Shown: positions 48,287-59,993, counted from the first letter of the stretch. The stretch: DNA of 64,000 nt from an uncultured Solirubrobacteraceae bacterium (GCA_963723325.1 CAVRQK010000018.1:78368-142367), one strand, 5' to 3'. Translations and numbers: made by a program. The notes: generated by a model not told the origin, from the sequence alone.

Positions 48287-50101
48287 ATGAAGTCGATCAG
48301 AAAGGCCATGGCCGTTGCGGTCATGGCCGGGCTCGCGCTGTTGCTGGCCGCATGTGGGTCCAGCAGCTCGACCACCAGCAGCAGCTCGGGCAGTCCCGCC
48401 AGCAGTGCCAGCGCGGCGCTCAGCACCGGCGGCTACAAAAGCCCGATAACGGAGCCGGAGTCCGGCAAGCGCGGCGGAACGCTGACGGTGCTTCAGGAAA
48501 TCGACTTCGAACACCTCGATCCGGGCATCGCCTACTTCTCGGTCGACTACGCGGTCGTGTTTGCGACTCAGCGCCCGCTGTACTCGCAGAAGCCGAACTC
48601 GACCGAAGCGTCAGCCGACATGGCCGAAGGAGCGCCGGAAATCACGGACGGCGGCAAGACGGTGACGGTACACCTGAAGTCGGGCATTCACTTCAGCCCG
48701 CCGGTCAACCGCGAAGTGGTGGCCGAAGACGTCGCCTACGCGATCGAGCGCGGCGCCAACCCGAACGTCGCCAACCCGTACCTGCAGTCCTACTTCAAAA
48801 CGGTCGAAGGCGTGCCCACCGCGACGGGGGGGCCGGTCAAGGGCATCGAAACGCCGAACAAGCACGAGATCGTCTTCCACCTGACCGAACCCAACGGCCA
48901 GCTCGTCGCGGACGCGCTGGTGCTGCCGTCGACGGCAGCGGTGCCCAAGGAATACGCGGAAAAATTCGACAAGAACAAACCGTCGAACTACGCCGTCAAC
49001 CAGGTGGCGACCGGGCCGTACATGCTGAAGAACGACTCCTCGGGCAAGGTGCTCGGGATCGGCTACATCCCCGGCAAGTCGGCGACGCTGGTGCGCAACC
49101 CCAACTGGAACGCAAAGACGGACTACCGCCCCGCGTATCTGAACGAAATCGACATCAAGATCGGCGGCACGAGCGCCGTCATCGGTCGCCAGGTGCTCGA
49201 AGGAAGCGACATAGTGCAGAACGAATCCGCGGTTGCACAGTCGGCCGTCAGGATGGCAGCCGAAAAATACAAGTCCCAGCTGCAGATCTCACCGGGTGGT
49301 GGAGCTCACTACATCGGCGTCAACAACAAGGTCGGGCCGTTCAAGAACGTCAACCTGCGCAAGGCGTTCTGGGCTGCGCTCGACCGTCAGTCGATGGACA
49401 AGGCTCGAGGTGGCGAACTCGTCACGACCGTGGCCACTCACTTCATCTACCCGACGATCAACGGCTTCGAACAGTCGGGCGGCACGAAGGGACCGCAGGG
49501 AGCGCAGTTCGACTTCAACGCGCATCCCGAAGGCAGCACCGCGATCGCCGAAAAGTACCTGAAGCTCGCCGGCTACCCGAGCGGCAAGTACACGGGTGGT
49601 GAAACGATCACGGTCGTGGGTTCGACCGGCAACCCGCAGGAACAGGATGCGGAGATCGTCGAGCAGACGCTCAAGAGCCTCGGCTTCCCCGTGAAGTTCA
49701 CGCTCGTGGAAGCCTCCACGATGTACGCGAAGTACTGCAACGTACCCAAAGAAGAGATAACCGTGTGCCCGAATGTCGGCTGGATCGCCGACTTCCCAGA
49801 CCCGCAGACGGTGCTCGACATCACGTTCAACGGCAAATACATCAACGCCATCGGCAACCTCAACTGGAGCCAGACGAACGTGCCGAAGATCAACGCGGCG
49901 ATGAAAGCCGCGGAGAACGCCGTCGGCAACGAAAACCGCGCCAAAGTGTGGGCGAAGATAGACGAAGAACTCGTCGAAGACGCGGCCGCGATCCCGTTTG
50001 ACTGGGACAAGCAGGCGGGCATCGAGGGCACCGGCGTCAACGGTGTCGGCGACATCTGGGACGTCGGCGAGTGGGACTACAGCTTCACCTCACTGAAGTA
50101 G
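48287..50101 (+). CDS. peptide ABC transporter substrate-binding lipoprotein (family 5)
   Basis: GAGGAGG RBS; lipobox LAAC; LDP, TGPY and LVRNPNW. Confidence 0.92.
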   Translation: MKSIRKAMAVAVMAGLALLLAACGSSSSTTSSSSGSPASSASAALSTGGYKSPITEPESGKRGGTLTVLQEIDFEHLDPGIAYFSVDYAVVFATQRPLYSQKPNSTEASADMAEGAPEITDGGKTVTVHLKSGIHFSPPVNREVVAEDVAYAIERGANPNVANPYLQSYFKTVEGVPTATGGPVKGIETPNKHEIVFHLTEPNGQLVADALVLPSTAAVPKEYAEKFDKNKPSNYAVNQVATGPYMLKNDSSGKVLGIGYIPGKSATLVRNPNWNAKTDYRPAYLNEIDIKIGGTSAVIGRQVLEGSDIVQNESAVAQSAVRMAAEKYKSQLQISPGGGAHYIGVNNKVGPFKNVNLRKAFWAALDRQSMDKARGGELVTTVATHFIYPTINGFEQSGGTKGPQGAQFDFNAHPEGSTAIAEKYLKLAGYPSGKYTGGETITVVGSTGNPQEQDAEIVEQTLKSLGFPVKFTLVEASTMYAKYCNVPKEEITVCPNVGWIADFPDPQTVLDITFNGKYINAIGNLNWSQTNVPKINAAMKAAENAVGNENRAKVWAKIDEELVEDAAAIPFDWDKQAGIEGTGVNGVGDIWDVGEWDYSFTSLK

Positions 50102-50114
50102 CTGTACGCGGCAG

Positions 50115-50143
50115 GAGGGGCTCCGCTGCGCGCGGGGCCCCTC
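50115..50143 (+). other. intra-operon stem-loop after SBP gene (mRNA-stabilising or partial terminator)
   Basis: GAGGGGCTCCGC-N5-GCGGGGCCCCTC; no U tract. Confidence 0.55.
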
Positions 50144-50188
50144 GGCCGTAGTTCCCATCTCCGTCCCACGAGAAGGTAGAGAAAGCAC

Positions 50189-51148
50189 GTGATTCGCTAC
50201 ATCATCCGCCGGCTGCTGATCGGGGTTCTGATCCTGATGATCGTGTGCGCGCTCACGTTCGTGTTCTTCCGGGTGCTGCCAACCGGCAATCCCGCGCTGC
50301 TGCGCGCCGGACGCGATCCGCAGAAGAACCTGATCAAAGAGATCGAAGGCGTGCTCGGGCTGAACAAACCACTGTACGTGCAGTTCTGGGACTACATGAA
50401 GGAATTCTTCCTGCACTTCAACCTTGGCTACAGCTACTACAGCCAGGAGTCTGTGCGGGCGCTGATCGCCGAACGGCTGCCGGCCACGCTCTCGCTCACG
50501 GTCGGCGCGGCGGTGCTGTGGGTGCTCGGCGGGCTCAGCGTCGGGATCATCTCGGCGCTGCGCCGGCACTCGATCGTGGACCGTCTGTCGATGGGCTCGG
50601 CGCTCTTGCTGCTGTCGGTGCCCGAATTCTGGCTCGGCTTCGTGTTCCTGCTGCTGTTCGCCAACGACATCGGCAAATTCAAGATCCTGCCTGGAGCAGG
50701 CAGCTACGTCGGCTTGACCTACGACCCGTGGAAATGGTTCATCTCGATGATCATGCCGTGGATCGTGCTGGCGGCCGGCTCGGCCGCGATCTACGCGCGG
50801 CTGATGCGCAGCAGCCTGAGCGAGACCATGCACGAGGACTACATCCGCACGGCGCGCGCCAAGGGACTGCGCGAACGGGCGGTCGTGCGCCAGGGCGTGC
50901 GCTCTGCCATCAACCCGATCTTCACGCTGCTGGGGCTGGAAATCGGGATGCTGCTGGGAGGCGCGGTGCTGGTGGAGACGGTGTTCAACATCCCCGGGAT
51001 CGGTGTGGAGAACTTCAAAGCGATCCAGTCCTCGGACTTCCCGGTGGTGCAGGGAACCGTCCTGCTCGCCTCCGCCTTCATCATCCTCGCGAACATCGTG
51101 GTCGACATCGCCTACGCGTATCTCGATCCAAGGGTGCGTTACGAGTGA
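50189..51148 (+). CDS. peptide ABC transporter permease (OppB/DppB-like)
   Basis: YIIRRL, LG.SY and EDYIRTARAKGL. Confidence 0.92.
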   Translation: MIRYIIRRLLIGVLILMIVCALTFVFFRVLPTGNPALLRAGRDPQKNLIKEIEGVLGLNKPLYVQFWDYMKEFFLHFNLGYSYYSQESVRALIAERLPATLSLTVGAAVLWVLGGLSVGIISALRRHSIVDRLSMGSALLLLSVPEFWLGFVFLLLFANDIGKFKILPGAGSYVGLTYDPWKWFISMIMPWIVLAAGSAAIYARLMRSSLSETMHEDYIRTARAKGLRERAVVRQGVRSAINPIFTLLGLEIGMLLGGAVLVETVFNIPGIGVENFKAIQSSDFPVVQGTVLLASAFIILANIVVDIAYAYLDPRVRYE

Positions 51149-52215
51149 GCAGCACCGAGCCGCTGCTTCGGGTCGAGGACCTGCGCGTCGAGTTTCCCAC
51201 CGAGGATGGCGTGGTGCACGCCGTCGACGGCATCACCTACCAGGTGCATGCCGGGCGCACGCTGGGGATCGTGGGCGAGTCCGGCTCCGGCAAGACGGTC
51301 TCCTCGCTGACCACGCTCGGGCTGACGCGCCTGCAGGGCGCGCGCATCTCCGGGCGGATCCTGTTCGATGGACGCGATCTGGTGGCGCTGCCCGAAGATC
51401 AGCTGCGCGCGATCCGCGGCAACGACATCGCGATGGTCTTCCAGGACCCGCTGTCCTCGCTGCACCCCCTGTACAAGGTCGGCAAGCAGCTGACCGAGGC
51501 GGTGCGCACGCATCGCGACGTGTCCAAGAAGCAGGCGCGCGAACGCGCGATCGAGCTGCTCGGGCTGGTGGGCATACCCGACCCAGGCAAACGCGTGGAC
51601 CAGTTCCCGCACGAGTTCTCCGGCGGCATGCGACAGCGCGTGATGATCGCGATGGCGCTGGCCAACGAGCCGAAGCTGCTGATCGCCGACGAGCCCACCA
51701 CCGCGCTGGACGTGACCGTGCAGGCGCAGATCCTGGCGCTTATGGAACGCCTGCAGCGCGAGCTGGGGATGGCGATCATCATCATCACCCACGACCTGGG
51801 CGTGGTGGCGGAGATGGCCGACGACATCGCGGTCATGTACGCCGGGCGGATCGTGGAGACCGCGTCGGCCGAGCTGCTGTTCTCCAAACCCCAGCATCCG
51901 TACACGTGGGGCCTGTTGAAGTCGATCCCCACGCTGACGGGCACGCGCGATGAGGATCTGGTGCCGATCCCCGGCACGCCGCCCAGCCTGATCCACCCGC
52001 CGCCGGGCTGTCACTTCAATCCACGCTGCGCCTTCTCTCAGCCCGACCACGCCCGTATCGACCCGCAGCTGGAGCCGGTGCCCGGCGAGCCCAGCCACCA
52101 CGTCGCCTGCCTGCTCGACGCGGACATGCGCAAGGAGCTGTGGGAGCAGCTGCGCTCCGGCAAGACGCCTGCGCAGGCGCGTGCGCTCGTCGGCGAGCCG
52201 GAGGCGCAGCCGTGA
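51145..52215 (+). CDS. peptide ABC transporter ATPase (OppD-like)
   Basis: [25 protein letters not shown] and HPYT. Confidence 0.93.
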   Translation: MSSTEPLLRVEDLRVEFPTEDGVVHAVDGITYQVHAGRTLGIVGESGSGKTVSSLTTLGLTRLQGARISGRILFDGRDLVALPEDQLRAIRGNDIAMVFQDPLSSLHPLYKVGKQLTEAVRTHRDVSKKQARERAIELLGLVGIPDPGKRVDQFPHEFSGGMRQRVMIAMALANEPKLLIADEPTTALDVTVQAQILALMERLQRELGMAIIIITHDLGVVAEMADDIAVMYAGRIVETASAELLFSKPQHPYTWGLLKSIPTLTGTRDEDLVPIPGTPPSLIHPPPGCHFNPRCAFSQPDHARIDPQLEPVPGEPSHHVACLLDADMRKELWEQLRSGKTPAQARALVGEPEAQP

Positions 52216-53228
52216 GCGCGCTGGTTGAGGTCCGCGACCTCGTCAAGCACTTCCCCATCAGCCGCGGGATCATCATCCAGCGCAAAGTCGGCGCGGTCAA
52301 GGCGGTGGACGGCATCAGCTTCGAGATCGAGCGCGGCGAGACGCTGGGGATCGTGGGCGAGACGGGCTGCGGCAAGAGCACCACGGCGAAGCTGCTGATG
52401 CGCCTGCTGCAGGCCACCTCCGGCGAGATCCTGTTCGAAGGGCAGGACATGACGCGCGTCAAGGGCGCGCAGCTGAAGGCGATCAGGCGCGAGGTGCAGA
52501 TGATCTTCCAGGACCCCTACTCGTCGCTGAACCCGCGCAAGACGATCGGCTCGATCATCGCCGAGCCGTTTGCCATCCACGGCCTGCACACGGGCAAGGG
52601 CGAGCGCAAACGCGTGGTACAGGAGCTGATGGAGACGGTGGGGTTGAACCCGGAGCACTACAACCGCTATCCGCACGAGTTCTCCGGCGGGCAGCGCCAG
52701 CGGATCGGCGTGGCGCGCGCGCTGGCCCTGAAACCGAAGCTGCTGATCGCCGACGAGCCGGTGTCGGCGCTGGACGTGTCGATCCAGGCGCAGGTGCTGA
52801 ACCTGCTGCGCGACCTGCAGCGCGACCTCGGCCTGTCGGTGGTGTTCATCGCCCACGACCTGTCGGTGGTGCGGCACATGTGCGACCGCGTGGCGGTCAT
52901 GTATCTCGGCAAGATCGTCGAGATCGGCAGCGGCGATGCGCTTTATCAGTCCCCGCGTCACCCCTACACCGGTGCGCTGCTGGCCGCCGTCCCGGTGGTC
53001 GACCCTTCGCGTCACGGCGAGCAGCGACACCTGCTCAGCGGCGACGTGCCGAGCCCGGCCAACCCCCCAAGCGCCTGTCGCTTTCACACGCGCTGTCCAA
53101 AGGCGCAGGAGCTGTGCTCGATCGATGAACCGCCGCTCAAGGACAGGGGCACGGGCACGCGCGTCGCCTGTCACTTCCCGCTCAGCGGCGAGGAGATCGA
53201 GCAGATCGGCGTACGATCTGCGCAATGA
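52212..53228 (+). CDS. peptide ABC transporter ATPase (OppF-like)
   Basis: [18 protein letters not shown] and [10 protein letters not shown]. Confidence 0.93.
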   Translation: MSALVEVRDLVKHFPISRGIIIQRKVGAVKAVDGISFEIERGETLGIVGETGCGKSTTAKLLMRLLQATSGEILFEGQDMTRVKGAQLKAIRREVQMIFQDPYSSLNPRKTIGSIIAEPFAIHGLHTGKGERKRVVQELMETVGLNPEHYNRYPHEFSGGQRQRIGVARALALKPKLLIADEPVSALDVSIQAQVLNLLRDLQRDLGLSVVFIAHDLSVVRHMCDRVAVMYLGKIVEIGSGDALYQSPRHPYTGALLAAVPVVDPSRHGEQRHLLSGDVPSPANPPSACRFHTRCPKAQELCSIDEPPLKDRGTGTRVACHFPLSGEEIEQIGVRSAQ

Positions 53229-54532
53229 GCGCCCGCGACCATGCAGCCGAGGCCGAGGAGCTGCTCAGCGGGCTGATCCGCTTCAACACAGTCAACCCGC
53301 CCGGCAACGAGCTCGCCGCGCAGGAGTACCTGGCCAACCACCTCAGCGCAGCCGGCTTCGAGTGCGAGCTGCTGGGCGCCGAGCCGCAGCGTCCCAACCT
53401 GGTGGCGCGCCTGCGCGGGCACAGCGAGGATGGGCCCACGCTTTGTTATCTCGGCCACGTGGACACGGTGCTGGCGGACGCCTCAGACTGGACGCGCGAC
53501 CCGTGGTCTGGAGACATCGCCGACGGTTTCCTGTGGGGCCGCGGAGCGCTTGACATGAAGTCGCAGGTGGCCGCCGAGATCGCCGCCGCGGCATCGCTGG
53601 CGCGCTCGGGCTGGCGTCCGGCGCACGGCGAGCTGTTGATCGTGGCGGTGGTCGACGAGGAGACCGGCGGCTCGCTGGGAGCGCAGTGGATCACCGAGAA
53701 CCACCCCGAGAAGGTGCGCTGCGACCTGCTCGTCAACGAGGGCGGCGGCGCCTTCTTCGAATACGCCGGCAAGCGCCTCTACGGCGTGTGCTGCGCCGAG
53801 AAGGGCGTGTTCCGCTTCACAGTCACCACCGACGGCGTGGCCGGGCACGCATCGATGCCGAGCATGGGCGAGAACGCGCTGCTGAAGATGGCGCCCGTGC
53901 TGGAGCGCCTGGGCGCCGGGCAGCCCGCCTACCGCCCAACCGAGGTGCCGCGTGCGTTCCTGGCCGGGATCGGCGAGGACCCCGACGATCCCGAGGGCTC
54001 GCTGGCGCGGCTGCGCGACGCCGATCAGATGCTGGCCACGATGTTCGAGCCGATGCTGGGTGTCACGTTCACGCCCACGCGCATCAAAGCGTCGGAGAAG
54101 ATCAACGTGATCCCCAACCGCGCCGAGCTGAAAGTCGACTGTCGCGTGCCCCCGGGCCTCGAGGAGCAGGCGGTGCTGGACGGCATCGAGGAAGTGCTGG
54201 GCGACGGCCCCTGGCGCATCGACTTCACCGAGCGCGTGAGGGGCAACGGCTCGCCGATCCGCTCGCAGCTGATGGACACCATCTCTGCTTGGATCGCCGA
54301 GCAGGACCCTGGTGCGCAGGTGGTGCCGGTGGTGCTCCCCGGCTTCACCGACTCGCGCCACTTCCGCCTGGCGTTCCCCGAGTGCGTGGCCTACGGCTTC
54401 TTCCCGCACCGGCACCAGTCACTGCTCCAGACCGCGCCGCTGATCCACGGGGCGGACGAGCGCATCGACGTGCGCGACCTGGCGTTCGCGACGAAGCTGT
54501 TCGAAGATCTGGCCGTGCGAATCCTGGGCTGA
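53225..54532 (+). CDS. M20/M25/M40 metallo-hydrolase
   Basis: [21 protein letters not shown] and HGADE. Confidence 0.9.
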   Translation: MSARDHAAEAEELLSGLIRFNTVNPPGNELAAQEYLANHLSAAGFECELLGAEPQRPNLVARLRGHSEDGPTLCYLGHVDTVLADASDWTRDPWSGDIADGFLWGRGALDMKSQVAAEIAAAASLARSGWRPAHGELLIVAVVDEETGGSLGAQWITENHPEKVRCDLLVNEGGGAFFEYAGKRLYGVCCAEKGVFRFTVTTDGVAGHASMPSMGENALLKMAPVLERLGAGQPAYRPTEVPRAFLAGIGEDPDDPEGSLARLRDADQMLATMFEPMLGVTFTPTRIKASEKINVIPNRAELKVDCRVPPGLEEQAVLDGIEEVLGDGPWRIDFTERVRGNGSPIRSQLMDTISAWIAEQDPGAQVVPVVLPGFTDSRHFRLAFPECVAYGFFPHRHQSLLQTAPLIHGADERIDVRDLAFATKLFEDLAVRILG

Positions 54533-54616
54533 GACGGTCGCCGCTCGACAAGCGCGGGCAAAACACGCATAATCGGCTCAGATGCCAAGGATGGTACGAG
54601 CGGAGAGGACGTACGG

Positions 54617-56290
54617 ATGAGCAAGGAAGCAACGGCCGCGGCGAGCGACGCTGCAGCGAAGCACGCGGCCACTGTCGCCAGCCACGCGCTGACCCACCCG
54701 ATCGTTCACTCGGTCGTGCCTGCGCCCCCGGGCGAGTCCTTCACCCAGGAACTGCAGACGTGGGCGCTCAACTGGGAGCCCGTGTTCGGGATCCTGTTCT
54801 TCGTAGCGATCATCCTGGTGATGTGGCGGATGCTGAAGGTGATGCCGCGCGTCAAGCCGCAGCGCATCAAGCCTTCCACCAAGCAGGCGGTCACGTTCGC
54901 CGACGTGGCGGGCGTGGACGAGGCCAAGGCCGAGCTGCAGGAGATCGTGGAGTTCCTGCGCGACCCCAAGTCCTTCCAGGCGCTCGGCGCCAAGGTGCCC
55001 AAGGGGATCCTGCTGCACGGACCGCCGGGCACGGGCAAGACGCTGCTGGCCAAGGCGGTGGCCAACGAGTCGGGCGCGCAGTTCTTCGCGCAGTCGGCGG
55101 CATCGTTCGTGGAGATGTTCGCCGGCCTCGGCGCCGCGAGGATCCGGCGCCTGTTCGACATCGCGCGCAAACACGAACCGGCGATCATCTTCATCGACGA
55201 GCTCGATGCGGTGGGCGGACGGCGTGGCATGGACATCTCCGGCGAGAAGGATCAGACGCTCAACCAGCTGCTTGTGGAGATGGACGGCTTCGCCTCCAGC
55301 GGCCGCGTGGTGGTGATCGCGGCGTCGAACCTGCTGGACAAGCTCGACCCGGCTCTGCTGCGCCCGGGCCGCTTCGACCGCCAGGTGTTTGTGGCGCCGC
55401 CGGACGTGAAGGGCCGCGTGGGGGTGCTGGAAGTGCATACCCGCCAGAAGCCGATGAAGGACGTGGACCTGCAGGTGGTGGCGCAGCAGACCAGCGGGCT
55501 GACGGGTGCGGACCTGGCCAACATCTGCAACGAGGCGGCAATCTTTGCCACCAGACGCGGCTCCAAGACGATCGGCATGCGCGACTTCGACTCCTCGCTG
55601 GAGCGCGTGATCGCGGGCGTGCAGTCCAAACGTGTGCTCAACGCGCACGAGAAGCGGGTGGTGGCCTACCACGAGGCCGGGCACGCGCTGTGCGGGGAGC
55701 TGCTGCCGTCGGTGGACCGCGTGCACCGCATCTCGATCGTGCCGCGCGGACGCGCGCTCGGGTACACGCTGAACCTGCCGGCCGAGGATCGCTACCTGAA
55801 GACGCGCGAGGAGCTGCTCGACTACATGACCACGCTGCTCGGCGGGCGCGCATCGGAGCAGATCGTGTTCGGCGCCATCACCACGGGCGCCTCCGACGAC
55901 CTCAAGCGCGTGGCCGACATCGCCCAGTCGATGGTGCACGACTACGCCATGGGCACCGCCGGCGTGGGGCGCGCACCGGACGGCGACGTGAGGCTGTCGG
56001 AGACCACGCTGCGGATCCGCGACGAGGAGCGCCAGGACCTGATCGACGAGGCCAGGCGCGCGGCGCAGAAGCTGATCATGGCCCACCGTACGCAGCTGGA
56101 CGCGCTGGCCAACGAGCTGCTGGAGCGCGAGGTGCTGGAGCGCGACGCGATCGACCGCATCATGGCCGGCGTGCCGCGCATGCAGCGCGCCCCCGGCCAG
56201 GGCCTGCAGGTGGTGGCCGCCAGCCAGGCCCATCAGCCGCCGCCGGCGCCGCGCTCGATCACGCTTCCCGATGTCACCGACGAGGATTGA
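54617..56290 (+). CDS. FtsH-family AAA+ metalloprotease (short N-terminus, one TM)
   Basis: [22 protein letters not shown] and HEAGH. Confidence 0.9.
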   Translation: MSKEATAAASDAAAKHAATVASHALTHPIVHSVVPAPPGESFTQELQTWALNWEPVFGILFFVAIILVMWRMLKVMPRVKPQRIKPSTKQAVTFADVAGVDEAKAELQEIVEFLRDPKSFQALGAKVPKGILLHGPPGTGKTLLAKAVANESGAQFFAQSAASFVEMFAGLGAARIRRLFDIARKHEPAIIFIDELDAVGGRRGMDISGEKDQTLNQLLVEMDGFASSGRVVVIAASNLLDKLDPALLRPGRFDRQVFVAPPDVKGRVGVLEVHTRQKPMKDVDLQVVAQQTSGLTGADLANICNEAAIFATRRGSKTIGMRDFDSSLERVIAGVQSKRVLNAHEKRVVAYHEAGHALCGELLPSVDRVHRISIVPRGRALGYTLNLPAEDRYLKTREELLDYMTTLLGGRASEQIVFGAITTGASDDLKRVADIAQSMVHDYAMGTAGVGRAPDGDVRLSETTLRIRDEERQDLIDEARRAAQKLIMAHRTQLDALANELLEREVLERDAIDRIMAGVPRMQRAPGQGLQVVAASQAHQPPPAPRSITLPDVTDED

Positions 56291-56316
56291 GCGCCGACGG
56301 CTATACACTGCGGCGA

Positions 56317-56736
56317 GTGTTCAGCCGCATAGACCACATCGGGGTAGCCGTACACGAGATCGAGCCGGCGCTCGAGCTCTACCGCGACAGCTTCCAGCTG
56401 GTGCTGGCCCACCGCGAGGTGGTGCAGGAGCAGGGCGTGGAGGCGGTGCTGCTGGACGTGGGCGAGAACCACGTGGAGCTGCTGGCGCCGCTGGCGCCGG
56501 ACACGCCGGTGGGCAAGTTCCTCGCCAAGCAGGGCCCCGGGCTGCACCACGTGGCCTACCAGGTCACCGACATCGAGGCCACGCTCGAGGCGCTCAAACT
56601 GGCTGGCATGCAGATGATCGACGAGTCGCCGCGCGTCGGCATCCGCGGCTCGCGCGTAGCGTTCATGCACCCGCGGGCCACCGCCGGAGTGCTCACAGAG
56701 CTGGTCGAACCGGCCGCTTCCACAGGAGGTCACTGA
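56317..56736 (+). CDS. mce: methylmalonyl-CoA epimerase
   Basis: IDHIGVAV, VELLAP, GPGLHHVAY, AFMHP and LTELVE. Confidence 0.9.
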   Translation: MFSRIDHIGVAVHEIEPALELYRDSFQLVLAHREVVQEQGVEAVLLDVGENHVELLAPLAPDTPVGKFLAKQGPGLHHVAYQVTDIEATLEALKLAGMQMIDESPRVGIRGSRVAFMHPRATAGVLTELVEPAASTGGH

Positions 56737-56948
56737 TGCCCGGTACCCGTCGCGCCAACATCGGCTTTCAAGGCGGCCAGGTGCTCGCCGTGAAATTGAC
56801 CGACGAGGAGCTCGCAAAGCTCAACAACGCCCTCGGCAGCGTGGGCTGGCACGAGACCCAGAGCGAAGACGCCACCATCCGCGTGGATCTCAGCCAGGTG
56901 GTGTACGTGAGCGCCGAGAGCGACGAGCAGCGCGTCGGCTTCGGTTGA
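56736..56948 (+). CDS. small conserved protein (DUF3107-like)
   Basis: IGFQGGQ...VDLSQVVYV...RVGFG. Confidence 0.6.
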   Translation: MPGTRRANIGFQGGQVLAVKLTDEELAKLNNALGSVGWHETQSEDATIRVDLSQVVYVSAESDEQRVGFG

Positions 56949-56979
56949 GAGCGCCGGCCGGCGTCGGGGCTCCACTGCC

Positions 56980-57465
56980 TTGAACCTGGACGAGGCGCTG
57001 CTGCGGGCGGCGCGCACGCGAGGCCACACCCCTCAGGTCGAGCGGGCGGTGGCGCAGTTCTCAAAGCTCGGGGAGCACGCCGGGGTGTGGCTGGCGATCG
57101 GAGTCGTCGGCTGGACGGTCGAGCGAGGGCGAAGGCCCGAATGGCGTCGCGCGCTGGGCGCGGTGGCGGGCACCTACGTGCTCAACACCGCGCTCAAGCA
57201 GGTGGTGCGCCGCAAGCGTCCCCAGCTAGAGGGTCTGCCGCCGTTGACGGGCACACCCACACAGCTGAGCTTTCCCAGCGCCCACGCCGCCACGTCGCTC
57301 GCCGGCGCCCGCGTCTACTCGCAGCTGGGGCTGCCGGGAGTGCCGTTGTATGGGCTGGCGCTATCCCTGTGCGCTTCGCGGCTGTATCTCGGGGTGCACT
57401 ACCCATCTGACGTCTTCGCCGGCGCGGCACTCGGCACCGTGCTGGGGACCGCAGCGTGTAGTTGA
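56980..57465 (+). CDS. PAP2 family phosphatase
   Basis: K..VRR.RP, SFPSAH and SRLYLGVHYPSD. Confidence 0.9.
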   Translation: MNLDEALLRAARTRGHTPQVERAVAQFSKLGEHAGVWLAIGVVGWTVERGRRPEWRRALGAVAGTYVLNTALKQVVRRKRPQLEGLPPLTGTPTQLSFPSAHAATSLAGARVYSQLGLPGVPLYGLALSLCASRLYLGVHYPSDVFAGAALGTVLGTAACS

Positions 57466-57468
57466 CGG

Positions 57469-57696
57469 TCAGGCCGCTACGCCACGGGGCTTGGTAGGTC
57501 TGGGAAGCGCGTCCAGAACCGGCTTAGGCAAGCGCTTGCTCGCCGCCCAAATCTCGACTGCCACGATCTCGTCCGTCGCTTCATCGTGGTCGATGAGGCC
57601 CCACTCGACCTCCTCGCTTACGACGCGCTCGGAACTCCCCGTTGGCAGCCAGGCGATATCGGCGTCTGGGTCGTAATAGGCATACATGGAGTTCAC
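57469..57696 (-). CDS. DUF2283 family putative antitoxin
   Basis: YYDPDADIAW...SEEV..G...D..T.EIVAVEIW.AS. Confidence 0.8.
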   Translation of the reverse strand: MNSMYAYYDPDADIAWLPTGSSERVVSEEVEWGLIDHDEATDEIVAVEIWAASKRLPKPVLDALPRPTKPRGVAA

Positions 57697-57959
57697 TTAG
57701 GATAGCCCTCCGAGGCATGTCGGATGCGGGGTCGGCGCTTGGTCCAAACGCTGACGATTCGGATGGCACCGAGAGTTTTCGAGTGGTCGTACACGACCAC
57801 GAAGCTGCCTGCATCGACGCGCCATGCCGCTCCTCCTCTGTTTATTTCACGGATGGGGTGGAGCTCTCGAACGGCAAGCTCTACACGCTCACGAGTCAGT
57901 CCGCGCTGGGAGAGGCGCTCTTCGGCGTGGAGGGTCCAGGTCACTCGCTCGTGTTCCAT
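57693..57959 (-). CDS. DUF4258 (RelE-like) putative toxin
   Basis: WTLHAEERL.QRGLT...VVVY...IVSVW; overlaps partner. Confidence 0.75.
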   Translation of the reverse strand: MEHERVTWTLHAEERLSQRGLTRERVELAVRELHPIREINRGGAAWRVDAGSFVVVYDHSKTLGAIRIVSVWTKRRPRIRHASEGYPK

Positions 57960-58030
57960 ATCTGCCGAAGCTACGCGGCGCTTGGGATGGCTGGGTGAGC
58001 TCTCGCCCCGATCCCTGCCAAGATGCGCCG

Positions 58031-59116
58031 GTGAGCACGAGAATCGGGATCGTGGGTATGCCCAATGCGGGCAAGTCCTCGCTGTTCAACGCTCTGACCA
58101 AGGCGGGCGCGGAGGCGGCCAACTATCCGTTCACCACGATCGAGCCCAACGTGGCGGTGGTGCCGGTGCGCGACGAGCGCATGGAGCAGGTGGCGGGGAC
58201 GCTCGGCTCCTCGGAGATCGTGTGGGACACGGTCGACTTCCACGACATCGCCGGCCTGGTTGCGGGGGCGCACAAAGGCGAGGGCCTGGGCAACAAGTTC
58301 CTGGCCAACATCCGCGAGACCCACGCGATCGTGCACGTTGTGCGCGCGCACAACGACGAAAACGTGATCCATCCGGAGGGCAGGGTGGATCCGCTGGCGG
58401 ACATCGAGACGATCGAGACGGAGCTCGTGATGGCGGACCTTGACGCGGCGGAACGCCGGGTGGACAAAGTCGGCAAACAGGCACGCGGCGGCGATCGCGT
58501 GGCCATCGCCGAGGAGGCGTGGCTGCACCACGTGATCGAGGCGCTGCAGGCTGGCCGCCCGGCGCGTACGGTGCCGGTGCCGGAGGATGCCCCCAATGCG
58601 GCACGCGACCTGGGCTCGCTGACGAGTAAGCCGGTGCTGTTCGTGGCCAACGTCGACGAGGGCTCCGAGGAGATCCCCCCCGTTGTGGCCGAGCACGCCG
58701 CAGCGCAGGGCGCGCGCGCGGTGGCAGTGTCCTCGCGGATCGAGGCCGAGCTGTCCGAGCTGGACGACGAGGACGCCGCAGCCATGCGAGAGGAGCTCGG
58801 CGTATCCGAGTCCGGCCTGCAGCGCGTGGTGCGCGAGGCGTTCGCTCTCCTGGACCTGATCGCGTTCTTCACCGCCGGCGAGGGAACCATCGCTCAGTCC
58901 TGGCACCTGCGCCGCGGCCTCACTGCCTGGCATGCCGCCGGCCAGATCCACACCGACATCCAGAAGGGCTTCGTGCGCGCCGAAGTGATCGGCTGGAAAG
59001 AACTCGTCGAAGCAGGCGGCTACGCCGGTGCACGCGACCGTGGCACGCTGCGCGTGGAGGGCCGGGACTACGTGATGAACGACGGGGACGTAATCACCGT
59101 CAAGTTCACGCCGTAA
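58031..59116 (+). CDS. ychF: redox-regulated ATPase YchF
   Basis: GIVGMPNAGKS, ANYPFTTIEPN, DIAGLV, GLGNKFL and IHTD. Confidence 0.95.
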   Translation: MSTRIGIVGMPNAGKSSLFNALTKAGAEAANYPFTTIEPNVAVVPVRDERMEQVAGTLGSSEIVWDTVDFHDIAGLVAGAHKGEGLGNKFLANIRETHAIVHVVRAHNDENVIHPEGRVDPLADIETIETELVMADLDAAERRVDKVGKQARGGDRVAIAEEAWLHHVIEALQAGRPARTVPVPEDAPNAARDLGSLTSKPVLFVANVDEGSEEIPPVVAEHAAAQGARAVAVSSRIEAELSELDDEDAAAMREELGVSESGLQRVVREAFALLDLIAFFTAGEGTIAQSWHLRRGLTAWHAAGQIHTDIQKGFVRAEVIGWKELVEAGGYAGARDRGTLRVEGRDYVMNDGDVITVKFTP

Positions 59117-59120
59117 TCCG

Positions 59121-59993
59121 CTAGATATGAGTTGACAGCCGCTCGGCCAACCGTTTCATTCCCAGCTTGCGCGCTGCGGCCGCGCCGCCCGCGAAGTCGG
59201 TGCCGTGATCCGGCGGCAGCTCCACCTCGATCCGCTGCAGCGTGGCTATCTCCCTGAACGTGCGCAGCAGCTGCTCGTTCTCGCGCAGCGCAGCCGCCGT
59301 CCGCGGGCGCATGCCCGACTCGCCCCTGGCCGCCTCCAGTACACCCTCCAGCGTCCCATGCGCCCGCAGCAGCTCAGCAGCCGTCTTGGCGCCGATCCCG
59401 GGAGCACCAGGAAGGCCGTCCGAAGGGTCGCCGCGCAGCGCAATGAAGTCCGCCACCTGCTCGGGGTCCACGCCGTAGCGCTCGCGCACCTCACCAGGGT
59501 CGATCTCCGCCTGCTCGGAGCCCTTGCGCAGATCCACAACCGACACCCGATCGCTGACCGCGCCATACAGATCGCGGTCGCCCGTCAGCAGTAGCGCCCG
59601 CCCGCCGCGCTCCCGCTCCGCCTGCGCAAACGAAAACATCACGTCGTCCGCCTCCAGCTCGGCGCTGGTGCTCACCGTCCAGCCCATGCTCGCCAGCAGC
59701 GCCGGAGCCTTGTGCCACTGCGACGCCAGCTCCGCCGGCATCGGCTCGCGCTGTGCGTGATAACCGGCGTACAGCCGCACACGGTAGTCCGCCTCCTCCG
59801 CGCCCATGCACGCCACCACGCCGCGCACGCCCCGCGCCGGCAGGCGCGCATCAACAACGGAAAGAACCGCGTTCACCGTACCCAGCAACGCGTTCACCGG
59901 CTCGCCGTCCGCGCCCACGATCGATTTGGGCAGGCCGAAGTACGACCGGTACAGCAGCCACGGCACGTCCGCGATCAGCAATGGGTCAGGCAT
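59121..59993 (-). CDS. stand-alone 5'-3' exonuclease / flap endonuclease
   Basis: YRSYFGLP, EADD, TGDRD and GDPSDGLPG..GIG.KTA. Confidence 0.9.
   Translation of the reverse strand: MPDPLLIADVPWLLYRSYFGLPKSIVGADGEPVNALLGTVNAVLSVVDARLPARGVRGVVACMGAEEADYRVRLYAGYHAQREPMPAELASQWHKAPALLASMGWTVSTSAELEADDVMFSFAQAERERGGRALLLTGDRDLYGAVSDRVSVVDLRKGSEQAEIDPGEVRERYGVDPEQVADFIALRGDPSDGLPGAPGIGAKTAAELLRAHGTLEGVLEAARGESGMRPRTAAALRENEQLLRTFREIATLQRIEVELPPDHGTDFAGGAAAARKLGMKRLAERLSTHI

Noticed and set aside
53686-56736. 1016-aa ORF
   Set aside because: Off-frame shadow of the M20 and ftsH genes; only its last 139 codons (mce) are genuine
57751-57762. Reverse-complement match to the island-end sequence CCGAATCGTCAG
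   Set aside because: Lies within the DUF4258 coding region; a single short match is plausibly chance
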